From: Macrostomum lignano | Lineage: Eukaryota | DNA length: 64,000 nucleotides | Assembly (NCBI GenBank): GCA_002269645.1 | Contig: NIVC01000164.1 | Span: 188,323-252,322 of the forward strand | Direction of reading: 5' to 3' | Shown here: positions 1 through 12,246 of the stretch, in pieces | Layout of the letters: each line of letters opens with the position of its first letter | Numbering within the stretch: the first letter of the stretch is position 1 | Position numbers and translations under genes: made by a program | Notes under the pieces: generated by a model | Seen by the model: only the letters and a program-made list of their open reading frames with translations | Database searches by the model: none | Told to the model about the DNA's origin: nothing

Positions 1-560
1 AGGTTGCCAGCTACAGAGAGGGTGCCAGCTACAGAGAGGGTGCCAGCTACAGAGAGGGTGCCAGCTACAGAGGGGATGCCCAGCTACAAAGAGGGTTCCA
101 GCTACAGAGAGGGTGCCAGCTACAGAGAGGGTGCCAGCTACAGAGAGGGTGCCAGCTACAGAGAGGGTGCCAGCTACAAAGAGGGTGCCAGCTACAGAGA
201 GGGTGCCAGCTACAGAGAGGGTGCCAGCTACAGAGAGGGTGCCAGCTACAGAGAGGGTGCCAGCTACAGAGAGGGTGCCAGCTACAGAGAGGGTGCCAGC
301 TACAGAGAGGGTGCCAGCTACAGAGAGGGTGCCAGCTACAGAGAGGGTGCCAGCTACAGAGAGGGCGCCAGCTACAGAGAGGGTGCCAGCTACAGAGAGG
401 GTGCCAGCTACAAAGAGGGTGCCAGCTACAGAGAGGGTGCCAGCTACAGAGAGGGTGCCAGCTACAGAGAGGGTGCCAGCTACAGAGAGGGTGCCAGCTA
501 CAGAGAGGGTGCCAGCTACAGAGAGGGCGCCAGCTACAGAGAGGGTGCCAGCTACATAGA
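1..560 (+). repeat. 18-bp minisatellite (GAGGGTGCCAGCTACAGA)n in an Mx-like gene intron
   Basis: About 30 near-identical 18-bp units; the same family recurs inverted at ~14990-16250. The ORFs 4..576, 65..649 and 113..559 are translations of the repeat. Confidence 0.97.
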
Positions 561-723
561 GGACGCCACACTTTAAGCGATTTATATGTCAAGCCTAATT
601 TCAATTTTTCTGGAAAAAACCCCAGTGCTTGATTAAATGCTGTACGCACGTGTCAGTTACATTTACTTAAACAAACGGTTCACAAAACGAATTTGTTATG
701 TCACAGCTTCGTTCGGTGCTCAC

Positions 724-2889
724 CAACTTGTACAGATTGACAGAGCCACCGTCGGAGTGGCTGTACCGGGCGATTCCGGGCAGGTCGACCAGAGTCAGAT
801 TGGGCAAGTCCGGCGCTTCAAGAGTCATCTCGATTATGTTCTTGGAGATGGCCTTCTTGTGGCCTGAAATTGGTCGGAGTTGCCTTAATTACAACACAGA
901 AAGAGCGCCAGCACCAGGGGCTTTAGCACCAGTGGCTTTAGCACCAGTGGCTTTAGCACCAGGGGCTTTAGCACCAGTGGCTTTAGCACCAGGGGCTTTA
1001 GCACCAGTGGCTTTAGCACCAGGGGCTTTAGATGGGGTTGCGATAGGGGCCTCGCGGCCTATTCGCGGCGCCTGCGCCCCCCGTCAGTAGTAAGTAAGTA
1101 AGTTAGCACCAGGGGCTTCAACACCAGGGGCTTTAGCACCAGGGGCGCCAGCACCAGGGGCGCCAGCACCAGTGGCTTTAGCACCAGGGGCGCCAGCACC
1201 AGGGGCTTTAGCACCAGTGGCTTTAGCACCAGTGGCTTTAGCACCAGTGGCTTTAGCACCAGGGGCGCCAGCACCAGGGGCGCCAGCACCAGGGGCGCCA
1301 GCACCAGGGGCGCCAGCACCAGGGGCGCCAGCACCAGGGGCGCCAGCACCAGGGGCGCCAGCACCAGGGGCGCCAGCACCAGGGGCGCCAGCACCAGGGG
1401 CGCCAGCACCAGGGGCGCCAGCACCAGGGGCGCCAGCACCAGGGGCGCCAGCACCAGGGGCGCCAGCACCAGGGGCGCCAGCACCAGGGGCGCCAGCACC
1501 AGGGGCGCCAGCACCAGGGGCTTTAGCACTAGGGACTTTAGCACCAGTGGCTTTAACACCAGGGGCTTTAGCACCAAGGGACTTTAGCACCAGGGGCTTT
1601 AGCACCAGGGGCTTTAGCACCAGGGGCTTTAGATGGGGTTGCGATAGGGGCCTCGCGGCCTATTCGCGGCGCCTGCGCCCCCCGTCAGTAGTAAGTAAGT
1701 AAGTTAGCACCAGGGGCTTTAACACCAGGGGCTTTAGCACCAGGGGCGCCAGCACCAGGGGCTTTAGCACCAGTGGCTTTAGCACCAGGGGCTTTAGCAC
1801 CAGTGGCTTTAGCACCAGTGGCTTTAGCACCAGGGGCTTTAGCACCAGGGGCGCCAGCACCAGGGGCTTTAGCACTAGGGACTTTAGCACCAGTGGCTTT
1901 AGCACCAGGAGCTTTAGCACCAAGGGACTTTAGCACCAGGGGCTTTAGCACCAGGGGCTTTAGCACCAGAGGCTTTAGCACCAGGGGCGCCAGAGCTACT
2001 GTAAGGGGGTGCCATATACATTATCCTCCCTCTCATATTCCATACCAAATGGTGCAAAACCGAATTCTCGTACACTAAATTAACAGGCGAGTCAGATATA
2101 CTACTGACCAGTAATACGCATCTGGGCATTCTGGATAGCATTCTCCACATCGTCAGGCGAGTCGATGTCCCAGTGCACCTCCTTGCCCTGCGCGTCAAAG
2201 TATCGAACTGTGCCACGCCATTTCTTATCGCTGGAACGCATGCTGAGCTGCAGCGGGCACAATGTCACCACGCCATTGCCGCGCGGGAAGCTGACTCCGC
2301 TGATGGTCTCCAGCACGGAGCTCTTGCCCGACGATTGGTCGCCAATCACCACAATTGATGGCAATTTCAGCTCCTTGGCGAAGCCCAGGCCGCGAAGCTT
2401 GGAGATCTGGTCGAGGCACGGCTTGATCTGTTCGGCGTAGGCCTTCGCCAGGGCCGAATTCATTTCAGCAATGCGGGCTTGGTACTCCAGACTGGGCGGC
2501 TCCACCCGGTGTACATCGCTGATCATTGGATGGGCCTTCATTGCTGGCGAGGCAGCGCCGCCAAACATCGGACTGTCGACCCGCAAGCCACCGGGTCCAT
2601 CGCCGCCGAAATTTCTCGGCGTCTGCATCGGCTGAGGCGGCGTCTGCGCAGGCGAGAATTGAGGCATGGAGGCTGGCGACTCCGAGCGCAGGAGGCCCGC
2701 TCCGCTTGCGACGCTGCCGCCAACGCCGCCGAGCTGGTAAAATGACGGCGGCGGTAGCGACGGCGGCGGCTGGCCGTAGCTGGGATTTGGCTGCACCCTG
2801 CTGGACGGGGATTTGGGATATGGCTTTGAGCTGTGTGCGTTGTGCTTAAGTGATGCTCTGATATACGAGGGTAAGGTGTGAAGGCTCAA
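724..2889 (-). CDS. Mx/dynamin-superfamily GTPase, 5' part (exons ~2889..2109 and 863..724; the gene continues left of 724)
   Basis: [38 protein letters not shown] holds G1/G2 of Mx-type GTPases. Donor G|GTCAGT at 2109/2108 joins acceptor TTTCAG|GC at 864/863 in phase 1, giving ...[33 protein letters not shown] (G3 DxxG). Next donor TTG|GTGAG at 724/723. The true 5' start is not resolved (2889 is a TTG). Confidence 0.9.
905..1990 (+). repeat. 15-bp minisatellite (GGCGCCAGCACCAGG / GGCTTTAGCACCAG variants) with a duplicated ~80-bp GC-rich spacer
   Basis: Tandem 15-mers; the unique block GATGGGGTTGCGATAG...CGTCAGTAGTAAGTAAG occurs at ~1031-1105 and ~1632-1710. Lies inside Mx intron 864-2108. 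Confidence 0.95.
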
Positions 2890-3114
2890 AGTTACTTAGA
2901 TATGTTAAAGGCTCAAGTGGGGTTGTTGAATATCAGTTTCCAATTGCGCGGGCACATAGGAAATTCACGTGACGCTGTTCATACGCAAGCCAAGCTGGAA
3001 GAGATCGGATTCCGACAGCTGAACCACCCGAGCTTACTGTCCTTGGTAGAGCCAAATCGATACGACGCATAAGAGAAGCGGGACGCAGCCAACAAATCAT
3101 TGCTTCGCTTAGCG

Positions 3115-3371
3115 CGCCTGTCTCTTGCTTGGCGCCCCGTCTCTTGGTGGGCGTCCCTGTCTCTTGGTGGGCGCCCCTGCCTCTTGGTGGGCGTCCCTGT
3201 CTCTTGGTGGGCGCCCCTGCCTCTTGGTTGGAGCACCTGCCTCTTGGTTGGAGCACCTGTCTCTTGGTTGGAGCACCCGTCTCTTGGTTGGAGCACCTGT
3301 CTCTTGGTGGGCGCCCCTGTCTCTTGGTGGGCGCCCCTGCCTTTTGATAGGCGCCCCTCTCTCTTGATAGG
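3115..3371 (+). repeat. 20-bp minisatellite (GTCTCTTGGTGGGCGCCCCT)n, the target of the LTR element
   Basis: About 12 units; degenerate units resume at 7863-7920 after the retroelement. Confidence 0.93.
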
Positions 3372-3532
3372 TGTTGTGTTGCGACACAGAAGTCTTATGT
3401 TTCCAGATGCTTGTATGGATCTAGAGCAGCTGTGTAGTTATAAGTGCTCTTTAACACTCGTTTATTAGTCGTGTCCATAGACATAAATCAAACACACAGA
3501 GAATGAGTCTATGAGTCTATCATAACATAACA
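3372..3532 (-). repeat. 3' LTR (~161 bp)
   Basis: On the minus strand it starts TGTTATGTT immediately after the PPT AAGAAGGGAGA (3533-3543), contains AATAAA and ends CACAACA. Confidence 0.85.
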
Positions 3533-3619
3533 TCTCCCTTCTTCAGAGGGATTCCTATGTGTAAGTAAAATAAATCCTCTTTCCGGAAGTTCTGTTCTAC
3601 ACTGACACCTTTTCATTAG

Positions 3620-5890
3620 TCAATGTGCCTGAAATCGCACGACTGGCTTCACCACACGTCCACTCCGTGTTGTATAGCCATTTGTCGTCCTAGGTGACTG
3701 ACATTGTTGTGCATTAGGTGCTTGTGCTGATTGTTTGCTGTCTATATTTTCCTCCACTGCTTCGTGCTTATCCGGTTGACTTTGAGAAGCTTTCAGTGGT
3801 GCGGTAGTTTCCTTTCCGAATGCATCTTCAAGGGTTTCTCTTTGTGGAACAGCGATTTCTTCTGCTGCTCCAGTCCGTTGAGTCAAAAACGATTTGTTCC
3901 GACGTAGTAGCTTTCCTTGTTCATCGCGAACTATATAAGAACGGTCATTCACTCTCATGTGCACTTCTGCTGGCTGCCATCGTCGTGTTGATTCTTGCAT
4001 CCAAACCTTTTCTCCACAACCAAATTCTCTCCTCTCCTTAGATCCACGGTTGTAATATTCTTCGGCCTTGTTCTGCTGGTCCTTTAGCTTCTGCAGTACT
4101 TTCCTGGACATGACCTGTCTAGGAATTAGATCTGCTTTGGGATCGGCAAATCATAGCGCAGTTTGTGTCCAAAGACTAGCTCAGCGGGTGATGGCATTCC
4201 ATGCTCGATAGGAGTGTTCTTGTAATGCAGCAGTGCCATGTGCTCGCCTTCATTGCTCTTCAGAACCTTCTTTAAAATATTCTTGATCGTTTGAACGCCT
4301 CTTTCCGCTAATCCGTTGGACTGGCTGTACTTCGGCGATGATGTAGCATGCTTGAAGCCGTACTCTTTCGCGAAACGACCAAATTCTCTTCCCGAGAATG
4401 GAGGTCCATTGTCAGATCTTAAAATCTCGCAAACTCCATAGGTCTGGAAATACTTCTTTAGTTGGGGAATCACAGAGGCAGCTGAAGTATTGTTGATCCT
4501 AGCGTATTCGATCATCCGACTGTATTTATCAACATATATCAGGAAATTCTTCCCGTCAATATGGAAAATATCCGTGCCACATTCCTGAAATGGGTAGTCC
4601 GGTAGGCACTGAGCCACCATCGGTTCCTTCTGTGGCTTTCTTTGGCTTTCCTGGCAGGCAATGCACGCTGAAGTCATTTCTTGAATATCACATCTAATTC
4701 CAGGCCAGTAGACGCTCTCTGACGCCTTTAAGCTTGCCTTCACAATTCCAGGGTGTCCAGTATGCAGCTTCTGTAGCACTTCCATTCTCATTGAGTTTGG
4801 AACGACTATTCGGTTCTTCATCCAGATCAGATTGCCATGCGCAGTCAGATCATGTCTGACGTTCCAGAAACAACGAAGCTCAGTCACGAGCTGGCTTCTG
4901 TGGTGAGGCCAACCAACACCGATGATCTCAGCGAGTTGTTGCAGTGTTGAGTCCTTTGCCGTTTCATTTTCCAGTTTCTGCATCAGTTCTGGGAATCCAA
5001 CCGACATTCTAACACCGAGCACGTGACCTTCGATGTCATCTTCGAGTTGTTTAGAGGCATGTACGTTCTTTAAGAAAGCGCGGCTTAGAGTGTCTGGAAT
5101 GTGCAAGTCTTTACCGGGAATGTATATAATGTGCAGGTCGTACTTCTGAACTAGTAGCATCAGTCTCTGCAATCTTGCTGTAAGAGTTGAAATTGGCTTC
5201 CGGAAGATGTTCTCTAGCGGCTTGTGGTCGCTCTCGACCGTTACCTTGTGTCCCCAGACGTACTGGTGGAATCGCTTGCAGCCAAACACAATAGCCAAAA
5301 GTTCCTTTTCGATCTGAGCATACTTCCGTTGGGATGGCGTCAGTGATGACGAAGCGTATTCCAGCGGGTGTCCATCTTGCAGGATAGTTGCTCCGAGACC
5401 GTGTTGACTAGCATCGACTGACAGAGTAAGTGGTGCGTTCGGGTTATAGCGAGCTAAGACTGGTGCGTCGCAAAGACTCTGCAAAATTGATTCGTACGCT
5501 TTTTCGTGTTCATTTGTCCAGTTCCACTGAGCATTCTTCGTCAGCAATGTGCGTAGCGGTGCTGCCTTAGATGACAGATCCGAAATGAATTTGGACAAAA
5601 AATTTGCACATCCTAGAAATCGCATAAGTTGCTGCTTTCTCTCATTACCGGATAGAGTATCTGGTCGGGGCATATCGCGCATTGCTTTTACTTTGTCTGG
5701 GTCGACTTTAATTCCGGTGTGCGAAAGTATGTTGCCGAGGAATTTCAACTCCTTCAATCCGACTTTCCGCTTTTTATAATTCAGGCGCAAATTCTTCGCA
5801 CGGCACATTTCCATAAGCTGCTTCACAGCTTCATCGTGTTCTTCAACAGTCTTGCCCCAAACAATGAAGTCGTCAATAAAATTGTTGCAG
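3620..5890 (-). pseudogene. pol: pol 3' half: RT C-terminus (FIDD), RNase H, integrase
   Basis: CNNFIDDFIVWG; VDASQHGLG and YAQIEKELLAIVFG...SDHKPL (RNase H); H-x3-H...CIAC, DIF, SDNGPPF and SNGLAERGVQTIK (integrase). A 1-bp loss in an A-run near 4137 separates the C-terminal ORF 3620..4111. Confidence 0.93.
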
Positions 5891-5950
5891 AACAGATGAA
5901 AGACAAGACTATACGTCTTTGCCTAGACCCTCAGCATCTGAATGCCAACA

Positions 5951-5964
5951 TGGTGTCAGAGGTG
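5951..5964 (+). promoter_or_regulatory. primer-binding site TGGTGTCAGAGGTG (tRNA-Leu-like)
   Basis: TGG start directly after ...AACA and upstream of gag; resembles the TGGTGTCAGA PBS of Mag-type elements. The tRNA identity is inferred. Confidence 0.75.
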
Positions 5965-6031
5965 CACTTGTGAAGAGCTCTGGATTTGAATTGTCAAACG
6001 CAGTACTGTGCTCAACTGGATCTGGATTCAA

Positions 6032-6961
6032 ATGGATGGCGGGCTCAAACCCCCAAAGCCATTCTGCTTTGATGAGCACAAGGCGGAAAACTGGAGTAAA
6101 TGGATTTCTGCGTTCGAGCTCTATATGACTGCAACCAAGCGTGACGAATCACCGGCTAAAGTGCAAATAGCGACACTGCTAACAGCCATCGGAGAAGAAG
6201 GTCGTGAGATTTATTCAACTTTCGAGAAATCGGAAGGAGACGAAGAGCTGTCGAAAGTGACGAAACTGTTCGAAGAATATTGCAAGCCGAGTGCGAACGA
6301 AACTTTCGAGCGCTACAAATTTCGGCAACGCAGGCAGAACGAGCATGAGAGCATTGACTCATTCGTCAGCGGCCTGAAACAACTTATCAAGACATGCTCA
6401 TTCGAGAAGCCAGCCTACGAATTGACGGTGAACGAATCAATAATCAGAGATCAGATTGTCCTCGGAATCAGAGACACAGAGTTGCGAGAACGGCTTCTAC
6501 GTGAGCAGGAGTTGACGCTAGATAAGGCTATATCTATCTGCCGTGCAAGTGAATCATCAAAGACCCAAGTGCGGATCATGACGGGAAACACCTCCGGAGA
6601 GATTTCGAAATACATCCAGAGAGAAGTCAATTCTGTTGTGAAGCCTCGCTCAACAGGCAGACCAGATCTCAAGTACAAGGAGAGACGTCCGAACAAAAGG
6701 TTTGGGTCCAATGGAAAGCCGATGGTAGGAAAGTCGGAGGGTTGCTCATTCTGTGGTAAGAAACACAAGAAAGGTTCATGCCCTACATATGGCAAGACGT
6801 GCAAATCTTGCGGAAAGCAAAATCACTTCAGCAACGTTTGTCGGAATAAGACCGTAAGAGCCTTGGATCGAAATACAAATGAAAGCTCAGAATCTGATCG
6901 TCAAGATTCGTGGGTTATGGTCAGCATCTCTGCGACCGGGTGGCAACGACAAAGACAGTAG
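6032..6961 (+). CDS. gag: Gag with two zinc knuckles
   Basis: MDGGLKPPKPF...W..W...FELY, IRDQIVLGI, CSFCGKKHKKGSC and CKSCGKQNHFSNVC; ATG at 6032. Confidence 0.9.
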   Translation: MDGGLKPPKPFCFDEHKAENWSKWISAFELYMTATKRDESPAKVQIATLLTAIGEEGREIYSTFEKSEGDEELSKVTKLFEEYCKPSANETFERYKFRQRRQNEHESIDSFVSGLKQLIKTCSFEKPAYELTVNESIIRDQIVLGIRDTELRERLLREQELTLDKAISICRASESSKTQVRIMTGNTSGEISKYIQREVNSVVKPRSTGRPDLKYKERRPNKRFGSNGKPMVGKSEGCSFCGKKHKKGSCPTYGKTCKSCGKQNHFSNVCRNKTVRALDRNTNESSESDRQDSWVMVSISATGWQRQRQ

Positions 6962-7856
6962 AACAACTGTTGGTATCAAAATCGAAGGTCAGCTGGTGAA
7001 TTGCAAATGCGACACAGGAGCGGACGCAAATGTACTCCCTGAACATCTGCTTAGGCGGATTGCACCAAACACGTCGATACAAGCAACGTCTTGCAGACTC
7101 TTTTGCTATAAAAGGTCGCGCCTAACAGTCGCAGGGAAGGTACAATTGAAACTGGAATATGAAGGAGTCAAGCATAAAAATGAATTTATTGTGATTAAAG
7201 AGAGGCTCATTCCACTCATCGGATGGAAAACTGCAGAAGAGATAGGCCTGGTGAAATTCAACTTCGGAGTTTCTGTTCAACCTGAAGGGTTTAAGTCCAC
7301 GTGGACAGATGAAAGATTTCTTCGAGAGTATCCCGATGTCTTTGAAGGAACAGGTTGCTTACCTGGGAGTTATCACATCAGCCTGCGCGATGACAAAGAA
7401 TCTTGGACGGATCGCCCTCGAAGAATCCCGTTTGCAGCAATGCAACCTTTGAAGGCTGAATTAGATCGCCTGGTTTCGGATGGACTCATCACCAAGTGTG
7501 ATGAGCCCACGAAGTACGTTTCAAATGTGGTCGTCGTCTGGAAGGCAGACAAGACTATACGTCTTTGCCTAGACCCTCAGCATCTGAATGCCAACATAAT
7601 GAGAGAGCAGTATCAGATACCGTCTTATGACGAAATTATTGCAGAAATCGGAAACGCTGCTCTGTTCTCAACTTTTGATGCGACTGCGAGTTTTCACCAG
7701 ATTGCATTGGATTATGAAAGTTCGTTGATGACGTGCTTTCACACACCTTTTGGACGATATCGTTGGCTGAGAATGCCCTATGGAATTTTTTCCGCATCGG
7801 AAGTCTACCAGAAGCGAGTTCGGGAGGAGATCTCGGACAAGATCAGAAACTGCAAC
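6879..7856 (+). pseudogene. pol: pol 5' half: aspartic protease and RT N-terminus, broken just before the catalytic DD
   Basis: CKCDTGADANVL (DTG), IRLCLDPQHLN, FHTPFGRYRWLRMPYGIFSASEVYQKRV; ends at ...KIRNCN. It is in the +1 frame relative to gag. Confidence 0.92.
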
Positions 7857-8789
7857 ACAACAATAGGCGCCCCTGTCTCATGGCGGGCGCCCTGTAAATT
7901 GGTGGGCGCCATTCTGTCTCATACTGTAGGCCGGTAGATGGCACGTCAGAGGTGGCAAAAAAGCTCAAATCCTGCTTATCCTGTTTACCTGTTCACCCCC
8001 CGAGTTTGGTTGCCCATTGCATTTAGGTTTAGCTTTTGAAGTAGCAAAATTTTCATGGTGTTACATGTATTTTTATGACAGTGATTGAGTAGGGGCATTA
8101 CAATACATCAGGTTGTATCGGTGAAATGTGTCAGCCCCCACCAGCTTCCTGTACATGTAGATTGGAATTTGACTAGAAAGTCGTTTTCTGTGACTACAAT
8201 GAACCGAAGATTATACCATTAAACAAGTGGCTACCACATTGTTACGTGTCATATCTTAATCCTGTAAATTATCTACATGTAACTCATAGCAAACTCACCT
8301 GCTTTCAACAAACCTGCGGCCTAGCAGTTCTTCCGGATCTGGCAATTGCCTACTGGGCTGTCCGTTCATCTTCTCTGCAGCTTGTATGCGATATGATCTA
8401 TAGAATACTTTTTGGTCACAGAGCAGAGGAATTGGGTCTACAGTAGAAGCAGCCGCAGGCAGCAGCTGGGCAAAGGAATTTATTGCCGCTCAAAAATGAG
8501 GTGGTCGGCCAGGAGGGGTGACGCGGGGGCAAACTCGGACCGCGCAGGGCATCTAAGAAAAAGCTAGGAGAGAGAGAGAGAAAAGAATGTCTTTACCATT
8601 TTTTAACCCCGAAGATGTGCTGCTGCATCTGGTTGAGCCTTATAAGTCTCTCTCCCTGTATATACCTTTCACCTGGCCGAGGGAGTCTTATAAATAAAAT
8701 CTGGAGTAGAGACTAGACTCCAAAAACACTCAAATAAGTTTTGTATCACAGACAGATGAAGACCATAGGGCAGTATTTTCCGGATCGGA

Positions 8790-8992
8790 ATTGCTGAGAT
8801 GTCAGGACTTACAGGGGGAATTGCTGAAGTGTCAAGGCTTACAGGGGGAATTGCTGAAGTGTCAAGGCTTACAGGGGGAATTGCTGAAGTGTCAAGGCTT
8901 ACAGGGGTAATTGCCGAGATGTCAAAGCTTACAGGGGGAATTGCTGAAGTGTCAAGGCTTACAGGGGGAATTGCTGAAGTGTCAAGGCTGAG
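8790..8992 (+). repeat. 30-bp minisatellite (ACAGGGGGAATTGCTGAAGTGTCAAGGCTT)n
   Basis: About 6.5 tandem units. Confidence 0.93.
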
Positions 8993-11900
8993 GCCAGAAG
9001 CTACACATGTACGACGTAGTTTATTTAAAATTTTGTATTCCATTCTTTGTTGGCTCCGCAACTGGGGGGGGGGGCTGATTGCTAGAAAGAAACTAACAAT
9101 AGTTACTATATACAAGGTCAAAGGCTACATGTAGTTAATAAAAATTGTCCCCATTTATTGTAGTCTCCACATCAGGGAGCACAGATTGCTAGCCCACTAT
9201 ACTGAAAATGGACTTAAATTTCACTACATGTATACTACTAAAAACTACTACAAACTAAGATTTAGATAGGCCTCTTAATTTGCATACTTTTTTTAGGTTA
9301 GCGTGCGTAATATTAACAAAAAAACAAATTCCATTTAAAAAGCGAGACTTTAAAGACAGTTCTTCTATTCCAGATGAATTTAAATCTAGAAGTCCCTGGC
9401 CCAGAGAACAATCTACGGTTTTTTGTGGCGGGGTCAGGCAAGACTAGACAGAGTTCTGAAATGAGTCTGACTGAGCAAAATGAGCTTGAGGACAGGCAGG
9501 CCAGCACAGAGGCACACTAAACACAGATAAAATGAACTGAAAAAACCCTCGCCTTTGTTAACCCATCGCATATATTCATTTTGTAGCAAAAGTGGGCGTG
9601 AGCGGCCGTATGTTTAAGCCATTACTAGGCAGAATCCATAGATGGAATATTATTATATGCTATATAGTACGAGGCGTATATACGACTATATATATATAAG
9701 TGGAACTGCACGACTTCAAAATACTTCGTCAACGTTGTGAGATGACTCACAATGAGCTTGAAAGTAGAAACTCCGTATTTGCTAGTTTATTTCGTTTTTA
9801 GAAAATCAAACTTTCAAAAAAACTAACCAAACCTCTTAAAAGAATTCATTTATTCACGCATCTTTGAAAGCTTTCTTATTCGCGCCAATTCAAATGGAAA
9901 CAAAATAACAGATCAAATTGACGTTCGATTAGGGAAGCCGGCCAATATAGGAGGATAACATGTGACTGATTGATTTGTGAATTTTGAAGCTGGCGAATAT
10001 AGACAATTACATAGGATCGAATCAATAAGTTAAATGGAAAAGCAAAATTTACGAATAAAAACTTTGTCTGGGCAGGTGTTGCCTCACAAGGCTATATAAG
10101 TAAGGGGGCAAATGTGAACACTTGTAAAGCACATCTAACTCCAAAACACCGATTACTCGCAATTATTACGTAATATATTATTCTTTTCGAAATGAAACAA
10201 GCGCAAGCATCGACATTCCAATTAAAGAATCTAGACAAAGCAGCTGATAACAGTGACTGCACGTGCAATTGTAAGACAATAATTTATTGAGTTCCAGCTG
10301 AATTCAGTAGGACCAGGAGGGAAACGCCTTTTAGATGACAAGAATCGAGGAGAAAGTGAGGGAAGATGTCGATGGTGAGATAAAAAGAGGATAACAGAGA
10401 AGGGGAGCAGAGAGTTGGTAAGAGGGCAAGTGAGGAAGGAGGTTCTGGGGGTGAGGGTGATAGAGAGTTAATGGCAAAATAAGCAAAACAAAATGAGATG
10501 TCCCACAATCATAAAAACAATTAATGGAAAACTTACCTCCATTCAATATCACTAAAGAGGTTGAATAAAATTATGGTTCAACAGATGAAGACTGAATCAC
10601 AAACTTCAAGCAGTTTGCAGGGAACTCATACATATTCGAAACTTTATGAAAAAAAACCTGTGCTTAAGCAGCGCGTGTTTCTGTAAACTCGGAAACAAAA
10701 AAACACACTTAGATGGAGTGCATAAGAGTGCAACTATGATTGACTGTGAATTTGCGTACAACCTAACAAGACACACTACTGCAGCCACATACTGTGCTAG
10801 ATTATAAAACAAAACAACTGATAAATTATAAAACGTGCATTTTGCGATAAAATAGGTTTTAGTATTCTGAAATAAGGGCGTTATTAACTCGATAGATTAA
10901 ACTCTTTCACACTAAATTCATAAACAAGAATGATTATAACCCAGAAAACAGGCGATGTTGTAAATGCACAAACCATTAGAAACAGTTTTTTAATTAGCTT
11001 GCCTAAGATTATTGACGCGACTTAAAGGATTTGAAGAATTAAACATGGACTCAAAAGGAACATCAACTTGTAAGGGAAATTCAATATCAAGAGAAATTTA
11101 ACTTGGATTCTGAGGGGAGATTGACTTGAAATTAAAATGGAGTTCAAACAAACAAAGATCATTTATTAGAAGAACATTCATAGCAAAATACAAGAGATAT
11201 AGTACTCGCATTAATGATAATTTAATCTGCAATTTTGGCAACATTACAGAACAGAAGTACAAAGCAAATTATTAATAACAGCAAAACAGATATTGAACAA
11301 CAAACAGAAGTATACTATGGTTATTGGCAAGGCACTACTAGCACACACAACGCTGCAATGAAGTCTGTTTAATTTGTTTTTTTTACTCCTATTAATACCA
11401 GAACATTTATGAGCAAACAATATATACTTTTTGAAACGAAAAATCAGCTCTCACTATAACAACTACTCAACATATCGTCAGTCAAGCAATTTGCATGTAC
11501 AAACCGTAAAATAAGAAGTCTTAAAAATTAAGTTTGTTGGTAAAGTAGACTGTGTTTGTTGTGTTTTTATTGCTATTTTTTGCATTTTTGCTCGATTTTT
11601 ATTTGGATTAGACGCCAATGCCTTATTAACAGTAGAACTACCAAGATAGAGGGACACCCCCCCTGACATTTTTGCTGCGCCTGAACGGAGCAAAGCAGGC
11701 ACACGGGCTAAATTTTTGTTGCGTACCTTCTCAAACAAGAATCAATTTGTTAGCATCCGGACTGTCGAGATATTCGACGATTTTGCCAGAAGTTCGGACT
11801 TTTTTAATAAGCTCTAGTGTATTCAGTACACCCCTGTGCGCCAATCAGCACTGCGCCTCAGTGCAGCCTTGTTGCCAAGACTCCAAATTTCATCAGAACG

Positions 11901-12246
11901 CCGACCGAATTTGTCTGCATCGGCTCTGATTTGGTTGGTTACTGGCTTTCACCTAGGCGGAGCTTCTGGACCTTCAACAGCTGGCACCAGATGACTATGG
12001 ACACTCTGATGCAAATTTGTCGAGTTTCGCTGATCAAGCCTCAACAGTGGGCAAGCCTTAACTGCTGGACATCTTCAGCTGGTCTCTCAAGCATTCATTA
12101 ATCACCCCGACGCCGTCGGCACCTTTAATTTTTTTTTAATTCCCCCCACCCCACTTGGTAGCTCGATGGGCGAAAAAATGGCTTGGTTTTCCTACTGGAA
12201 ATTGTGTAGCATTACAAGCGGGTCAAATAATTAATTAATGTAAAAT

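Larger units (their letters stand above)
3372..7862. mobile_element. Ty3/Gypsy (Mag-like) LTR retrotransposon, internally inverted, 5-bp TSD ATAGG
   Basis: TSD ATAGG at 3367-3371 and 7863-7867. Termini TGTTGTGTTGC...GCAACACAACA. PBS-gag-PR-RT(N) lie on +; RT(C)-RNaseH-IN-PPT-LTR lie on -. Confidence 0.93.

Noticed and set aside
6930-6950. Programmed +1 gag-pol frameshift signal
   Set aside because: GCG ACC G is not a recognised Ty1 or Ty3 slippery site; a mutation or sequencing indel is equally likely.
10560-11370. Decayed coding sequence in an A-rich stretch (TWTQKEHQLV...)
   Set aside because: Multiple stops and no family could be assigned by eye.
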